A stretch of 64,000 nucleotides of DNA from Macrostomum hystrix (Eukaryota > Animalia > Platyhelminthes). Positions 60,168-64,000 of the stretch are shown here, piece after piece. Where the stretch lies: positions 124,001 through 188,000 of the forward strand of contig CATNEN010000024.1 of assembly GCA_950097015.1 (NCBI GenBank), written 5' to 3'. The translations under genes were made by a program, and so were the position numbers. The notes below the pieces were generated by a model. The model saw only the letters and a program-made list of their open reading frames with translations. It ran no database searches and was not told the origin of the DNA. The stretch's first letter is position 1; every line of letters starts with the position of its first letter.

Positions 60168-63100
60168 AGAGTGGAGTGTCTCTGATGGGATAATGGGAAG
60201 AGTGGAGTGTCTCTGATGGGATAATGGGAAGAGTAGAGTGTCTCTGATGGGATAATGGGAAGATTGGAGTGTCTCTGATGGGATAATGGGAAGAGTGGAG
60301 TGTCTCTGATGGGATAATGGGAAGAGTAGAGTGTCTCTGATGGGATAATGGGAAGATTGGAGTGTCTCTGATGGGATAATGGGAAGATTTGAGTATCTCT
60401 GATGGGATAATGGGAAGAGTGGAGTGTCTCTGATGGGATAATGGGAAGATCAGGCTGTCTCTGATGGGATAATGGGAAGAGTGGAGTGTCTCTGATGGGA
60501 TAATGGGAAGAGTGGAGTGTCCTCTGATGGGATGATGGGAAGAGTGGAGTGTCTCTGATGGGACGATGGGAAGATTGGAGTGTCTCTGATGGGATAATGG
60601 AAAGATTGGAGTGTCTCTGATGGGATAATGGGAAGAGTGGAGTGTCTCTGATGGGAAAATGGGAAGATTGGAGTGTCTCTGATAGGATAATGGGAAGATT
60701 GAAGTGTCTCTGATGGGATGATGGGAAGATTGGAGTGTCTCTGATGGGATAATGGGAAGATTGGAGTGTCTCTGATGGGATAATGGGAAGATTGGAGTGT
60801 CTCTGATGGGATGATGGGAAGATTGGAGTGTCTCTGATGGGATAATGGAAGATTGGAGTGTCTCTGATGGGATGATGGGAAGATTGGAGTGTCTCTGATG
60901 GGATGATGGGAAGAGTGGAGTGTCTCTGATGGACGATGGGAAGATTGGAGTGTCTCTGATGGGATAATGGAAAGATTGGAGTGTCTCTGATGGGATAACG
61001 GGAAGAGTGGAGTGTCTCTGATGGGATGATGGGAAGATTGGAGTGTCTCTGATGGGATAACGGGAAGAGTGGAGTGTCTCTGATGGGATAATGGGAAGAT
61101 TGGAGTGTCTCTGATGGGATGATGGGAAGATTGGAGTGTCTCTGATGGGATAATGGGAAGATTGGAGTGTCTCTGATGGGATGATGGGAAGATTGGAGTG
61201 TCTCTGATGGGATAATGGAAGATTGGAGTGTCTCTGATGGGATGATGGAAGAGTGGAGTGTCTCTGATGGGACGATGGGAAGATTGGAGTGTCTCTGATG
61301 GGATGATGGGAAGATTGGAGTGTCTCTGATGGGATAATGGGAAGAGTGGAGTGTCTCTGATGGGATAATGGGAAGATTGGAGTGTCTCTGATGGGATGAT
61401 GGAAGATTGGAGTGTCTCTGATGGGATAATGGGAAGAGTGGAGTGTCTCTGATGGGATAATGGGAAGAGTGGAGTGTCTCTGATGGGAAAATGGGAAGAG
61501 TGGAGTGTCTCTGATGGGATGATGGGAAGAGTGGAGTGTCTCTGATGGGATGATGGGAAGATTTGAGTGTCTTTGATGGGATAATGGGAAGATTTGAGTG
61601 TCTTTGATGGGATAATGGGAAGATTGGAGTGTCTCTGATGGGATAATGGGAAGAGTGGAGTGTCTCTGATGGGATGATGGGAAGATTTGAGTGTCTTTGA
61701 TGGGATAATGGGAAGATTGGAGTGTCTTTGATGGGATAATGGGAAGAGTGGAGTGTCTCTGATGGGATAATGGGAAGAGTGGAGTGTCTCTGATGGGATA
61801 ATGGGAAGATTGGAGTGTCTCTGATGGGATGATGGAAGATTGGAGTGTCTCTGATGGGATAATGGGAAGAGTGGAGTGTCTCTGATGGGATAATGGGAAG
61901 AGTGGAGTGTCTCTGATGGGAAAATGGGAAGAGTGGAGTGTCTCTGATGGGATAATGGGAAGAGTGGAGTGTCTCTGATGGGATGATGGGAAGATTTGAG
62001 TGTCTTTGATGGGATAATGGGAAGATTTGAGTGTCTTTGATGGGATAATGGGAAGATTGGAGTGTCTCTGATGGGATAATGGGAAGAGTGGAGTGTCTCT
62101 GATGGGATAATGGGAAGAGTGGAGTGTCTCTGATGGGATAATGGGAAGATTGGAGTGTCTCTGATGGGATAATGGGAAGAGTAGAGTGTCTCTGATGGGA
62201 TAATGGGAAGATTGGAGTGTCTCTGATGGGATAATGGGAAGATCAGGCTGTCTCTGATGGGATAATGGGAAGAGTGGAGTGTCTCTGATGGGATAATGGG
62301 AAGAGTGGAGTGTCTCTGATGGGATGATGGGAAGAGTGGAGTGTCTCTGATGGGACGATGGGAAGATTGGAGTGTCTCTGATGGGATAATGGAAAGATTG
62401 GAGTGTCTCTGATGGGATAATGGGAAGAGTGGAGTGTCTCTGATGGGAAAATGGGAAGATTGGAGTGTCTCTGATAGGATAATGGGAAGATTGAAGTGTC
62501 TCTGATGGATGATGGGAAGATTGGAGTGTCTCTGATGGGATAATGGGAAGATTGGAGTGTCTCTGATGGGATAATGGGAAGATTGGAGTGTCTCTGATGG
62601 GATGATGGGAAGATTGGAGTGTCTCTGATGGGATAATGGAAGATTGGAGTGTCTCTGATGGGATGATGGGAAGATTGGAGTGTCTCTGATGGGATGATGG
62701 GAAGAGTGGAGTGTCTCTGATGGGACGATGGGAAGATTGGAGTGTCTCTGATGGGATAATGGAAAGATTGGAGTGTCTCTGATGGGATAACGGGAAGAGT
62801 GGAGTGTCTCTGATGGGATGATGGGAAGATTGGAGTGTCTCTGATGGGATAACGGAAGAGTTGGAGTGTCTCTGATGGGATAATGGGAAGATTGGAGTGT
62901 CTCTGATGGGATGATGGGAAGATTGGAGTGTCTCTGATGGGATAATGGGAAGATTGGAGTGTCTCTGATGGGATGATGGGAAGATTGGAGTGTCTCTGAT
63001 GGGATAATGGAAGATTGGAGTGTCTCTGATGGGATGATGGGAAGAGTGGAGTGTCTCTGATGGGACGATGGGAAGATTGGAGTGTCTCTGATGGGATGAT

Positions 63101-64000
63101 GGGAAGATTGGAGTGTCCTCTGATGGGATAATGGGAAGAGTGGAGTGTCTCTGATGGGATAATGGGAAGATTGGAGTGTCTCTGATGGGATGATGGAAGA
63201 TTGGAGTGTCTCTGATGGGATAATGGGAAGAGTGGAGTGTCTCTGATGGGATAATGGGAAGAGTGGAGTGTCTCTGATGGGAAAATGGGAAGAGTGGAGT
63301 GTCTCTGATGGGATGATGGGAAGAGTGGAGTGTCTCTGATGGGATGATGGGAAGATTTGAGTGTCTTTGATGGGATAATGGGAAGATTTGAGTGTCTTTG
63401 ATGGGATAATGGGAAGATTGGAGTGTCTCTGATGGGATAATGGGAAGAGTGGAGTGTCTCTGATGGGATGATGGGAAGATTTGAGTGTCTTTGATGGGAT
63501 AATGGGAAGATTGGAGTGTCTTTGATGGGATAATGGGAAGAGTGGAGTGTCTCTGATGGGATAATGGGAAGAGTGGAGTGTCTCTGATGGGATAATGGGA
63601 AGATTGGAGTGTCTCTGATGGGATGATGGAAGATTGGAGTGTCTCTGATGGGATAATGGGAAGAGTGGAGTGTCTCTGATGGGATAATGGGAAGAGTGGA
63701 GTGTCTCTGATGGGAAAATGGAAGAGTGGAGTGTCTCTGATGGGATAATGGGAAGAGTGGAGTGTCTCTGATGGGATGATGGGAAGATTTGAGTGTCCTT
63801 TGATGGGATAATGGGAAGATTTGAGTGTCTTTGATGGGATAATGGGAAGATTGGAGTGTCTCTGATGGGATAATGGGAAGAGTGGAGTGTCTCTGATGGG
63901 ATAATGGAAGAGTGGAGTGTCTCTGATGGGATAATGGGAAGATTGGAGTGTCTTTGATGGGATGATGGGAAGATTGGAGTGTCTCTGATGGGATGATGGA
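60168..64000. repeat. 27-bp purine-rich minisatellite (GGAGTGTCTCTGATGGGATAATGGGAAGA[G/T]T-like, 27 nt)n, ~140 copies, with a ~1.8-kb higher-order duplication; runs off the window end
   Basis: 27-nt period. The unique variant GATCAGGCTG has its CAGGCT at 60451 and 62244. Confidence 0.97.

Overview
Eukaryotic (animal) genomic DNA. About half of the window is made of some 25 mostly unrelated tandem arrays (units 8-73 bp) lying in introns and between genes. Intron-embedded minisatellites, GC3-rich exons and a protostome-type troponin T suggest a free-living flatworm such as Macrostomum; this is inference, not a database result. Nearly all long ORFs in the supplied track are translation artefacts of the arrays. 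Manual splice reconstruction gives four well-supported genes. (1) An 8-exon SH2 + tyrosine-kinase-like PSEUDOkinase + coiled-coil gene (+, 7181-17898, 868 aa). (2) An 11-exon troponin T (-, 27808-20287, 355 aa). (3) A 4-exon GPR153/GPR162-like orphan class A GPCR (+, 31629-37899, ~665 aa) with three single-base frameshifts. (4) An intronless secreted, probably GPI-anchored, Cys-rich two-repeat protein (-, 51471-50498, ~323 aa) with two single-base frameshifts. Two further clusters of tiny phase-compatible exons with 36-100 nt introns (plus one ~375 nt SINE-containing intron) lie on the minus strand (55231-53865 and 60146-59661) and are invisible in the ORF track. tRNA-derived SINE copies are also present, one with a 14-bp target-site duplication. 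I found no rRNA, bona fide tRNA, CRISPR array or autonomous transposon.
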